Shown in pieces: positions 49,648-59,669 of a DNA stretch of 64,000 bases. The position numbers and the translations under genes were made by a program. This stretch comes from Clostridia bacterium (lineage in GTDB: Bacteria; Bacillota; Clostridia; Acetivibrionales; JAFADI01): assembly GCA_026418695.1 (NCBI GenBank), contig JAOAAU010000148.1:16354-80353 (forward strand), read 5' to 3'. The notes under the pieces were generated by a model that saw only the letters and a list, made by a program, of their open reading frames with translations, did no database searches and was not told where the DNA came from. Numbering within the stretch: position 1 is the first letter of the stretch; each line of letters begins with the position of its first letter.

Positions 49648-50517
49648 CTATTTTTTCAAATTTTTGCGGAATTCCGAGGGTGAAATCTTTAGCTGTTTGT
49701 AGAATGAAGAAGACAGATAGGAAGAGCTGTTAAAACCACACTCAATTGCAATCTGGGTAATCGTCCGGTCACTTTCCAACAGTAGTTTTTTAGCCCGATC
49801 AATCCTGATCTGGTTCAGGTACTCTATCGGGGGCTTTCCGGTTTCTTCCCTGAACAAACGTGCAAAATGCGAAGCAGACATATTCGCAATACCCGCCATT
49901 TCATCCAGTGTAATTCTCCTGCTTATATTAGAATATAGAAATTCAATGACCTTATCGATTTCAATGCGGTTCGTAATCCTGTCCCGCTTCGCATCCATCC
50001 GATAAATATTTCTGATGATGCAGTGGCAGATTTCAATACTGATGGCATCCAGTACTGCTTTTGCCCCCGGTAAACGGTTATCCGCTTCAATCATGAATTC
50101 CTTCAGCTTCGGAAGCAGATTCAAGGATACAGGATATTCTGTACCTAAAAGTACCGGAGCCTGGTTAATAGAGTAAGCGCTGAGATGCTGCATGAAAAAT
50201 TCAGGCTCAATCATAATCGCAATATACCTGGAGCATGCCTCTGAAAACACCTCGTGATGCGGAATATCCGGTGAAACAGCTTGAAACATTCCCTGCCTTG
50301 CAACCACGGATCGGTTTCCGACCACCGTTGTCTGATCGCTAAATGGAAGTATAAACATATAGGATGGGTGCGTATGCTCCGGTGTCAAAGCATAGAAGCA
50401 AGGACCGGAAACAGGCATAAACAATCCTACCTGCTCACTGACAAAACAGTCGATATGCCTGAGCTGTTCCTTATTAACGTTTCCAACAAGTTTTCGAATT
50501 TGCTCCATTTGTTCCAT
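49648..50517 (-). CDS. AraC-family transcriptional regulator
   Basis: 289 aa. C-terminal HTH_18 region ITLDEMAGIANMSASHFARLFREETG. Confidence 0.85.
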   Translation of the reverse strand: MEQMEQIRKLVGNVNKEQLRHIDCFVSEQVGLFMPVSGPCFYALTPEHTHPSYMFILPFSDQTTVVGNRSVVARQGMFQAVSPDIPHHEVFSEACSRYIAIMIEPEFFMQHLSAYSINQAPVLLGTEYPVSLNLLPKLKEFMIEADNRLPGAKAVLDAISIEICHCIIRNIYRMDAKRDRITNRIEIDKVIEFLYSNISRRITLDEMAGIANMSASHFARLFREETGKPPIEYLNQIRIDRAKKLLLESDRTITQIAIECGFNSSSYLSSSFYKQLKISPSEFRKNLKK

Positions 50518-50529
50518 TATTGCACCTTA

Positions 50530-50551
50530 AATAGAATAAATTTATTCTATT
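50530..50551. promoter_or_regulatory. Perfect 22-bp palindrome (candidate operator) upstream of the AraC regulator gene
   Basis: AATAGAATAAATTTATTCTATT is identical to its reverse complement. It ends immediately upstream of the SD AAGGTG of the gene starting at 50517. Confidence 0.45.
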
Positions 50552-50583
50552 CTATTACAAATGAGAACGTTCATCAACAGGGC

Positions 50584-50617
50584 AAAAAATTGGGAGATGA
50601 TCACTCACCCCCCAATT
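50584..50617 (-). terminator. Intrinsic terminator of the che operon (after mcp)
   Basis: Stem AATTGGG / CCCAATT with a 16-nt loop, followed on the minus strand by TTTTTGCC. Confidence 0.5.
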
Positions 50618-50626
50618 CTAATAGTT

Positions 50627-52273
50627 TTAAAACTCATTATCTTCTTCCAACGGTATTACCTCCTGTGGTGACAGGCTGTTCTTCGTTTGACTGACCGGCT
50701 TAAAAGAGGCCTGCTTCAAACTATGGATATTCCTATCTAAAGAACTGGAATTTGCGAAGCTATTCCTATAGCTGCTCATACTTTTTTTTGAAGGAGTGTT
50801 TCTCTTATAACGATCTAACAACTCTTTTTCGGCTTCTGCACCTTTTACCATATTGTTGAGTTCAAAGACAACATGTTCCAGTTCTTCTGCCTGCGACTGC
50901 AATTCCTGAGCAGCAGCTGCGCTTTCTTCGGCAGTAGCGGCATTGTGCTGTGTCACCTTTTCCATTTGAGACACAGCTTCGTTGATCTGTTGGATCCCTC
51001 TCGATTGTTCTTCACTGGCAGCCGTAATTTCACCGACAATACTGTTTACATTTTGAGATTTCAAGTTGATTTCCTCCAGGGACTTTAGCACCTCTGCACT
51101 TACATCGACACCCTGTCTCGAAAGTTCGATATTCCTTTCAATGATTTCAGCCGTGTCCTTCGCAGCTTGCGCACTTCTCTGGGCCAGATTTCTAACCTCT
51201 TCGGCAACAACCGCGAACCCCATGCCTGCTTCCCCAGCTCTTGCAGCTTCCACAGCAGCGTTTAGTGCAAGAATATTGGTCTGAAAGGCGATGTCGTCGA
51301 TCACCTTGATAATCTTTGCGATCTTATCACTTGATTTTTTCAGCTCCTCCATGGATACAATCATGTTATTCATCTTGGAGAAACCTGCGCCTGCAGCGCC
51401 CTTTGCCTGTTCTGAAAGGTCTGATGCCTGTCGGGTGTTTTCATTATTCTGATTGATCATGGAAGCTGTCTCATTCATAGTTGCTGAAGTTTCCTCAATG
51501 GATGCAGCCTGCTCATTGCTTCCCTCCGCAAGCTGCTGACTTGCTGCTGCCAGCTGTGCCGCAGCTGAAGCCACCATCTTTGATGATTGGGACAGTCTTT
51601 CGGTCAAACCGGTTAATAAGCCATTGATGTTTCTGGAAACACCCCATCCTAGAAGCGAGGCAAACAGGATCGCAATCACCGAAAGGACGATCATGATAAT
51701 AATGGTGTTACTGGCCTTTTTCCCAAATTGATCTCTCTTCTCTTCTCCTGCCTTTTCCATGCTGGTGAAAATCTCATCAATCAGCCTGTTTACTTCAATG
51801 GCAGAACTTCTCCATGCGCCATTGTACATGCTCTGGAATGCAGCGTCCCGCTTATCGTCATCAATAGTTTTTATGAGTTTGTCACTTTCTCCGTAGTATA
51901 CTTCCATTTGTCTTTTTAAATCCTTCAGTACACCTTCTACCGGCTGATTTTTGACAGCCACTTCAAAACGTTTCAGCCGCTCCGCAATGTTTTTCTTACA
52001 TTCTTCAATGGCTTTTTTATTGTTTTCGGTCAGTGTCGGATCATCGTTGATATAAATATCTCTTACATAGTTTCTGATTCTTTGGTACTCTTTTGAGACA
52101 AAGCCCATGTCTGCCAAAGCCAATCCATAATTATCGTATAACCCCTTGTACCCTCCGTCAATCGTGCTCAGGTTGATAGTTCCCGTGATTCCTATAATGC
52201 CTGCAATCAAAGAAACCAAAACAAAACTTACAAGAAGCTTAACACTTACTTTTTGTTCAAAAAACCATTTCAT
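50627..52273 (-). CDS. Methyl-accepting chemotaxis protein (4HB-type sensor, HAMP, MA domain, long C-terminal tail)
   Basis: 548 aa. Highly conserved signalling hairpin [40 protein letters not shown]. Confidence 0.92.
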   Translation of the reverse strand: MKWFFEQKVSVKLLVSFVLVSLIAGIIGITGTINLSTIDGGYKGLYDNYGLALADMGFVSKEYQRIRNYVRDIYINDDPTLTENNKKAIEECKKNIAERLKRFEVAVKNQPVEGVLKDLKRQMEVYYGESDKLIKTIDDDKRDAAFQSMYNGAWRSSAIEVNRLIDEIFTSMEKAGEEKRDQFGKKASNTIIIMIVLSVIAILFASLLGWGVSRNINGLLTGLTERLSQSSKMVASAAAQLAAASQQLAEGSNEQAASIEETSATMNETASMINQNNENTRQASDLSEQAKGAAGAGFSKMNNMIVSMEELKKSSDKIAKIIKVIDDIAFQTNILALNAAVEAARAGEAGMGFAVVAEEVRNLAQRSAQAAKDTAEIIERNIELSRQGVDVSAEVLKSLEEINLKSQNVNSIVGEITAASEEQSRGIQQINEAVSQMEKVTQHNAATAEESAAAAQELQSQAEELEHVVFELNNMVKGAEAEKELLDRYKRNTPSKKSMSSYRNSFANSSSLDRNIHSLKQASFKPVSQTKNSLSPQEVIPLEEDNEF

Positions 52274-52302
52274 AACGGGCAGCCCCCTCCACTTTGAATT
52301 TT

Positions 52303-52782
52303 TTACCCTTCAATTCTACTCATTGCCTTTATTTCATTGGTTGTCAGCACCTTATCTGTATCCAACAACATAATCACCTTGTCTTTTACCTTCCCGATCC
52401 CTGTGAGGATCTCCTGTTCAATTCCATCCCCATAGGTTGGCGGCGCTTCAATATTCTCCTCCGCGATAGCCAGCACTTCACACACACTGTCTACAACCAG
52501 CCCGTTAATACGTTTCCCGTTTTCACAATCCATTTCAACAACAATGATACAGGTTCTATCACTATACACTGACCCGGGTATGGAAAACTTGAGACGAAGG
52601 TCTATTACGGGAATAATCTTGCCGCGAAGGTTGATCACACCCTTCACAAAATCTGGCATTCGCGGCACATGGGTTATGGGCATCATGCCAATAATCTCTT
52701 TGACCTTCAAAATGTGGATCCCATAGGTTTCATTTTCCAAAACAAAGGAAAGATATTTATTCTGTTGAATTGCCATCATCAT
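52303..52782 (-). CDS. cheW: Chemotaxis coupling protein CheW
   Basis: [36 protein letters not shown]. The start lies among three consecutive ATGs after GGGGG. Confidence 0.9.
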   Translation of the reverse strand: MMMAIQQNKYLSFVLENETYGIHILKVKEIIGMMPITHVPRMPDFVKGVINLRGKIIPVIDLRLKFSIPGSVYSDRTCIIVVEMDCENGKRINGLVVDSVCEVLAIAEENIEAPPTYGDGIEQEILTGIGKVKDKVIMLLDTDKVLTTNEIKAMSRIEG

Positions 52783-52908
52783 CACCCCCAATAGTGAAAG
52801 TAGTATATAAAGCACATCGCAGCGCATTATACCGTTCGGCTTGGCTCTGGTTTAGTAATCCCCCCTGGGGTCATCGTCTTTTTTATCCATGGATACTTTT
52901 AATCCGGA

Positions 52909-53967
<1,059 letters not shown>

Positions 53968-53970
53968 TTA

Positions 53971-56499
53971 TCATAGTCCGGCTTTTTTAAACATGTCTTC
54001 CACATCCAGGATCAGCGAAACCACACCATCCCCCAGAATAGAGGCGCCTGATGCAAACTCAATGCCACCGAATTCGCTCCCAAGGGGCTTTGAAACGATT
54101 TCCTGCCTTGCTACGATTTTATCTACCGGAAATGCCAGCAGTTTTTGTTCCAGCTCTACAATAATCAGTTCGCACCGGTCTTTCCCTGCCCGGTTAATCT
54201 CCTCACCAAAGAATTTTTCCGGTTGCAATACAGGAATAACATGTTCTCTGAGACGAATTGCCTTGGCTTTTCCCTGCATGCTAACCCAATGACTTTCATC
54301 CGCGATAAAAAACTCCTTGATAAACAAAGTGGGGATGATATATCTTCCTTCGCAAACCTCAACAATGGTCCCGTTTACCACAGCCAGATTCATCGGGATT
54401 CTTAAAGTGAAAGTGCATCCATTTCCGGGCCTGTTTTGGACTTCTACCCTGCCGCCCACTTTTTTTATTTCCTCTTCTACCACGTTCATCCCCACGCCTC
54501 TGCCGGAAATGCTGTTGATTTTCTCTTGTGTAGAGAATCCCGGCAAAAATATAAACCGGATGATTTCATCTTCACTATAGTCTTCGTGGGCTTTTGCCAT
54601 TCCTAAGTCCACCGCCTTTTTTAGAATCCGGTGGATATCCATTCCCTTCCCATCATCAGAAACCTCAATATACACATTCCCTCGCTTACTGTATGCTTTG
54701 ATAATAATCTGGCCATCAGGCTTTTTCTCCTTTTCCATCCTTTCTCGGACACCCTCAATTCCGTGGGAAACTGCATTCCTTACTAGATGCATCAACGGGT
54801 CAAAGATCTTTTCTGCCGCACTCCGGTCAATCTCTGTGTCGTCCCCCTCAATGAAAACTACGACCCTTTTGTCAAGCTCCGTTGCCGCGTCTCTTGCAAT
54901 TCGTGTCAGCCTATGTAAAGTAGACTTGATTTCCACCATTCTTAGTGACATGGACAGAGATTGAACCCCTTTAATAATCTTTGCAGTGCGGGACAGAATT
55001 GTTTGGGTTCCGATATCGTATATTCCTGTCTCCGAAGTCCGCTGCTCCAATTGTGAGTTTAAGATCAGCAGTTCTGAAAGCATATCCATCAGATTATCAA
55101 CTTTTCCCACAGGCACACGTACGAATCCGCTTTCTGTTTTTGCCGCAGAACTCTCCTTCTTCTCCGGAATACGCTCCTGCTCCTTCAATGCCTGCAGCAT
55201 ATCGTAAGCGCTTACCATATTCTCTTTAACTGCTACTTGTCCGAATTTCAAATCCTGATGATCAGACTTCTGTTTATGTAAAATCTCTTCAATATCTCGA
55301 TCACTAATTAAGCCTTTCTTTCGAAGAATATCTCCGATCCTCGGACTTGGATTTTCACACCTGGATTTTATGATTGACAAATGCTCGTCCAATTTTTCCT
55401 GGAACTCTTTACTTTCGAGCATTCCAGATGTTTTCAGACTGATCTCCAGATCCTTGCATACAAAAGCCATGATTTCCATGTCTTCTCCGGTCAATCGGTG
55501 CGTACCTTTCATCGCCTCATTTAATGCTTTAACCAGTTCTGATGCCGATGTTTTTATGAGTTTGCACTCTTCCGGAAGCTCGGCTGATGCAATCCTCTTA
55601 AAGTGATCAATCAGAGTTTCAAGGATCCTATGATCTGCCTCTCTATTATCCGTACCCAGGATATGAACACCTACATCTCCGATAATTTTCAGAATTTCCT
55701 TTTCTGTTTCAACCCGTCCCAGTTCCGCTCTGACCTCTTCCAGATTAATCTGTTGGAAGGTTACGTCGGATACTTCACATAGATTTTTGATATCTTCCAC
55801 GATCGGCTCAATATCCTTTTCTGTCAGCAGCAACATCTGCATTTCATTTCCTTCAAAATTAAACGTACCATTTTTAAATGCTTCTTCAGAAGGACGTTCC
55901 GGTTTGGAATTGAAAATGGAGGCATGTCCGTCCACTGCTTCAAAAACCAACCAGGCTCTGACTGCTTTCATCACGCAGTCAGGACTGAAGGTAACCTTCA
56001 TCCTATATACATTAAATCCTCTGCGATAATTTTCCTCGATAATTTTCAGCAATTCGAGATTTTCACTATAGAGGGTGCCTTTAACCTCGTCCTCATCTCG
56101 CTTTTCTTTTTGAGAGGAGATATTTCCGGCTTTTACCTGTTCCAGTTTCTTTTGTAAAATATCGATGTTCAGTCCATGATCTGATTCCGTACTCGAGATA
56201 ATTTCAATACAATCCTCCAGAAAATCATGGCAGGCAAACAGAACCCGCATGATGTCCCCCGACAGTTCACGGCTGCCGCTTCGGACCTCCTGCAGGATAT
56301 CTTCCATGGTATGCATCACTTTCTCAATTTTCATGAAATTCATGGCTGCCGAATTGCCCTTGATGGTATGGGCCACCCTAAAAATGCTATTAACCACTTC
56401 TGCATCTTGCTGAGAATTCTGAATCTTAATTAAAGCATCATTTAGGATCAAAAGATTGTCTTTCATGTCTTCCATATATCCGGATAATATTTCATTCAT
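53971..56499 (-). CDS. cheA: Chemotaxis histidine kinase CheA with an extra insertion of about 200 aa
   Basis: 842 aa. Hpt (RVAHTIKGNSA), a P2-like segment, the extra region at aa ~256-450, then dimerisation, HATPase_c (DPLMHLVRNAVSHGIE, GRGVGMNVV) and a CheW-like P5 domain. Confidence 0.92.
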   Translation of the reverse strand: MNEILSGYMEDMKDNLLILNDALIKIQNSQQDAEVVNSIFRVAHTIKGNSAAMNFMKIEKVMHTMEDILQEVRSGSRELSGDIMRVLFACHDFLEDCIEIISSTESDHGLNIDILQKKLEQVKAGNISSQKEKRDEDEVKGTLYSENLELLKIIEENYRRGFNVYRMKVTFSPDCVMKAVRAWLVFEAVDGHASIFNSKPERPSEEAFKNGTFNFEGNEMQMLLLTEKDIEPIVEDIKNLCEVSDVTFQQINLEEVRAELGRVETEKEILKIIGDVGVHILGTDNREADHRILETLIDHFKRIASAELPEECKLIKTSASELVKALNEAMKGTHRLTGEDMEIMAFVCKDLEISLKTSGMLESKEFQEKLDEHLSIIKSRCENPSPRIGDILRKKGLISDRDIEEILHKQKSDHQDLKFGQVAVKENMVSAYDMLQALKEQERIPEKKESSAAKTESGFVRVPVGKVDNLMDMLSELLILNSQLEQRTSETGIYDIGTQTILSRTAKIIKGVQSLSMSLRMVEIKSTLHRLTRIARDAATELDKRVVVFIEGDDTEIDRSAAEKIFDPLMHLVRNAVSHGIEGVRERMEKEKKPDGQIIIKAYSKRGNVYIEVSDDGKGMDIHRILKKAVDLGMAKAHEDYSEDEIIRFIFLPGFSTQEKINSISGRGVGMNVVEEEIKKVGGRVEVQNRPGNGCTFTLRIPMNLAVVNGTIVEVCEGRYIIPTLFIKEFFIADESHWVSMQGKAKAIRLREHVIPVLQPEKFFGEEINRAGKDRCELIIVELEQKLLAFPVDKIVARQEIVSKPLGSEFGGIEFASGASILGDGVVSLILDVEDMFKKAGL

Positions 56500-56521
56500 C
56501 CCGTCTCATCTCCTGTAGCAC

Positions 56522-57337
56522 TTAAATTGGCTTTTTCATATAGATTGAAGGCTTATAATATTCGAATTCATGTTTTTTGCTGATAAGGCTCTCAGAATGT
56601 CCGATCAGCAGCAGTCCTCCAGGCACCATCGCCCTGTGAAACCTGCTCACCAATTCTTGCTGGGTATTTTGATCAAAATAAATCATCACGTTACGGCAGA
56701 AAATGATATCAAAGCCATGCTTGAATTTATATTCATTCATTAAGTTGAAAACCCTGTATTTGATCATGTTGAGAATCTCTTCTTTGACTTTGTAGCCTTC
56801 ACTTGTCTTAGAAAAGTACTTTAGCAGAAAGTTTTTGGGAATCCCCTGGCATTCGTTTTGGGAATAAACCCCTGAGGCAGCTTTGTTCAGCACCTTGGTA
56901 CTGATATCCGTAGCCAGAATCCTGATATCGAATTCATCCGAAAGCAATTCCTTAAACACCATCGCAATCGTAACCGGTTCCTGCCCGGATGAGCATCCCG
57001 CACTCCAAATGCGTAATTCCTTGTTTGTGTTGATTCTTGGGTTTTTTTTCAGGATGAATGGAAAATCATTCTTCAAATACTCGAAATGGTTATTTTCTCT
57101 AAAAAACTCCGTAGTATTTGTTGTCATAATATTGATGAACTCTTGTACTTCAACTTTATCTTGCTGTTCCCCGATCAATTGCAGATGCTTTTTAGCATCT
57201 GCCACCTGTCTCCGCATGAGCAACTTGAGTATTTTAGCCTGGACCAGGTGCTCTTTATTCCCATCAAGGTAAATCCCTGTCTTATTCCTTAAAATATCTA
57301 CATATTTCTTGCATACTTGATGATTTAATCCTTCCAC
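56522..57337 (-). CDS. cheR: Chemotaxis protein methyltransferase CheR
   Basis: TEFFRE and IWSAGCSSGQEP motifs. Start moved to GTG 57337 (GGAGGG, 5 nt, GTG), which gives a canonical-length N-terminus. Confidence 0.9.
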   Translation of the reverse strand: MEGLNHQVCKKYVDILRNKTGIYLDGNKEHLVQAKILKLLMRRQVADAKKHLQLIGEQQDKVEVQEFINIMTTNTTEFFRENNHFEYLKNDFPFILKKNPRINTNKELRIWSAGCSSGQEPVTIAMVFKELLSDEFDIRILATDISTKVLNKAASGVYSQNECQGIPKNFLLKYFSKTSEGYKVKEEILNMIKYRVFNLMNEYKFKHGFDIIFCRNVMIYFDQNTQQELVSRFHRAMVPGGLLLIGHSESLISKKHEFEYYKPSIYMKKPI

Positions 57338-57876
57338 AGTATCCCTCCGTATGCTGTAATTCATATGCTTGCAAATCAACCCTGAAACCATCTTTTGTTG
57401 GCCGGCTATGAAATTTTCTTATGTTGTGATAATCCTTCTGATACGATATGTCTGAATCTTACTTTAAGGGAACGGTATAGTTTGGGTATTATAAGAGCAA
57501 TACCCAAAATTCAAGATAAATACACAGTTAATTTCAAGACTTTTCTAAAATGCTGAATCAAGATATAAATGAATAAGATTTTGAGATCAAGTAATAATTA
57601 TTTCACTAAAATACATAGATATTTTCTCTTCTATCCTGCGGTTGATAAAAACACTCTTCAAAATAATTATCGGATAATTCGAACTGAAAAGTAAGGAAAA
57701 TTGATTGTTATATATAAGTAATTTTTTTGTTAAGACCAGGTTAAAAATATGTAAACCAAAATTAATTTTATTATATACTGATATTTTCTAAAATTCAACA
57801 TTTTTCATCACCCATCATCATTTTTATCCATAAGAGCAATTGCTTTATACAGTTAAATCAAAAATTTTTATGCGAC

Positions 57877-57908
57877 AAAAAAGGAAGACGTATTCAGTCT
57901 TCCTTTTT
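57877..57908 (-). terminator. Intrinsic (bidirectional-looking) terminator downstream of spoIVA
   Basis: AAAAAAGGAAGAC-GTATTCA-GTCTTCCTTTTT. Confidence 0.65.
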
Positions 57909-57926
57909 AATCTACCTTCTTATTAA

Positions 57927-59405
57927 TTACAATATGATGCAGATCAATCCACCGCTTCCCTCATTAATAATCCGCTGCAGCGTCTCCTGCAGTTTTAGCT
58001 GAGCATCCTCCGGCATTCTTCCAAGCTTGTTGTATAATCCTTCACTAACGAGCTCATGCAGAGACTTTCCGAAGATATTGGACTGCCAGATCTTCCCGGG
58101 ATCACTTTCAAACTCTCTGAGGAGATAGCTCACCAATTCTTCCGATTGCTTTTCCGTTCCAACCAGTGGTGCAATTTCTGTTTCAATATCTGCACGGATC
58201 ATATGAATACTGGGCGCAGACGCACGCAGTTTGACGCCAAAGCGATTTCCTTGCTTTACAATCTCAGGTTCTTCCAGAGACAGTTCCTCCATCTGAGGTG
58301 TGACAATACCATATCCCTTAACCTTAACCTCATGAAGCGCAAACTCAACCTTTTCATATTCCCGTTTAATTCTTGCAAGATCCTTCATCAGGCTGATGAG
58401 TCTATGATCTCCTTCAATTTCCAACCCTGTTGTTTCACTCAGTATCCTGTAAAACAGGCTGTCGTCGGTATTCAGTTCAAACAGGACGCTCCCGTCTCCC
58501 AGGTTGATCCTGTCTATATAGGCTTTCTTAATGAATTCCAGTTCCTCAAAAGCTGCTGCTGCACCTTTGATTTCCCTGAGCCTGCGGACACCTTTGAAAA
58601 TGTCCCGTACGGCATTCAGCATATCAACTTTCAGCCAGTGATCCTCATCCAAAGCCTCAACCCATCTTGGCATATTGATACCGATTTCACAAATGGGGAA
58701 TTCAAACAGCACGCGCTCCAGGATCATATCAATATCCTCGTTCCGCATCTGCGCGCAGTTGACATTGATCACCGGCACGGAATATTTTACTTCCAAGTCT
58801 TCCTTCAATCTTAATGTATCATTGTCATAGGGCCTTAAGGAGTTCAAAATGATTACAAACGGCTTGTTGATCCTTTTCAGCTCAGTAATAACTCTTTCTT
58901 CAGCTTCATGATATTCTTCACGGCTGATATCCGTAACGCTTCCGTCCGTTACAACAACGAGCCCAATCGTCGAATGCTCGTTGATGACCTTTCTGGTTCC
59001 GATTTCAGCAGCTTCCTCAAAGGGAATCTGATGATCGAACCAGGGAGTGGTAACCATTCTCGGCGCATTGTTTTCAAGATATCCCAGCGCACCCTTCACA
59101 ATATACCCAACACAGTCGATTAACCGGACCTTCAATTGAACATTATCATCCACAGTGATTTCGACCGCTTCGTTCGGAACAAACTTAGGCTCCGTCGTCA
59201 TGATGGTACGGCCTGAAGCACTCTGTGGAAGTTCATCCTTGGCTCTTTCTCTTTGATACACATTGTCTATATTCGGTAAAACCAGTAAGTCCATAAACCT
59301 TTTAATAAAAGTTGATTTTCCTGTTCTGACCGGACCCACGACACCTATGTAAATATCCCCTTGTGTTCTTTCAGCTATTTGCTGGTAAATGTCGTATCTT
59401 TCCAC
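57927..59405 (-). CDS. spoIVA: Stage IV sporulation protein A (spore coat morphogenetic ATPase)
   Basis: DIYIGVVGPVRTGKSTFIKRFM Walker A. Full-length similarity to B. subtilis SpoIVA, including the C-terminus GGLICIIL. Start placed at GTG 59405 (AAGGGGGG, 7 nt). Confidence 0.93.
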   Translation of the reverse strand: MERYDIYQQIAERTQGDIYIGVVGPVRTGKSTFIKRFMDLLVLPNIDNVYQRERAKDELPQSASGRTIMTTEPKFVPNEAVEITVDDNVQLKVRLIDCVGYIVKGALGYLENNAPRMVTTPWFDHQIPFEEAAEIGTRKVINEHSTIGLVVVTDGSVTDISREEYHEAEERVITELKRINKPFVIILNSLRPYDNDTLRLKEDLEVKYSVPVINVNCAQMRNEDIDMILERVLFEFPICEIGINMPRWVEALDEDHWLKVDMLNAVRDIFKGVRRLREIKGAAAAFEELEFIKKAYIDRINLGDGSVLFELNTDDSLFYRILSETTGLEIEGDHRLISLMKDLARIKREYEKVEFALHEVKVKGYGIVTPQMEELSLEEPEIVKQGNRFGVKLRASAPSIHMIRADIETEIAPLVGTEKQSEELVSYLLREFESDPGKIWQSNIFGKSLHELVSEGLYNKLGRMPEDAQLKLQETLQRIINEGSGGLICIIL

Positions 59406-59582
59406 CCGCAAACCCCCCTTAATTTATTCACATGGCCGGATTAGGCCAAAATGTACTAGTCATTCAAAAGGGGACATTCCTCATTCTCCAGGAGCTCCTT
59501 AATTTAGAGGGGTGTCCCCTTTCCTTATTCTCAATATAAATATATGTCTGTCTTGACTTTATAGAACAAAATCTTTTTTAGA

Positions 59583-59618
59583 GAAAAAAAGAAGTGAGCA
59601 TCCTGTTTGCTCACTTCT
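59583..59618 (-). terminator. Intrinsic terminator of gpsA
   Basis: Stem AGAAGTGAGCA / TGCTCACTTCT, followed on the minus strand by TTTTTTTCTC. Confidence 0.65.
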
Positions 59619-59669
59619 ATTCTATGTATCAATTTAATTTTCTGAACAACTTTCAATATTTCATATGAA

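Noticed and set aside
50630-50644. The MCP C-terminus EDNEF, at the end of a long flexible tail, as a possible NWETF-type CheR/CheB tethering pentapeptide.
   Set aside because: The essential Trp at position -4 is missing (Asp instead). Only the terminal Phe matches.
57493-57842. The 11-mer ATAAGAGCAAT occurring twice in the AT-rich region upstream of cheR, as a regulator half-site.
   Set aside because: With only two copies in a strongly AT-biased 589-bp stretch, chance cannot be excluded. It is mentioned in the gap finding but not called as a feature.
58056-58814. Long antisense ORFs in the six-frame track: 252 aa opposite spoIVA, 226 aa opposite der at 61819-62499, 178 aa opposite HD-GYP at 33995-34531, 170 aa opposite rpsB at 1491-2003, and many shorter ones.
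   Set aside because: These are shadow ORFs inside confidently identified genes. Their translations are low-complexity and Ser/Leu/Phe-rich, and they have no SD or family resemblance.
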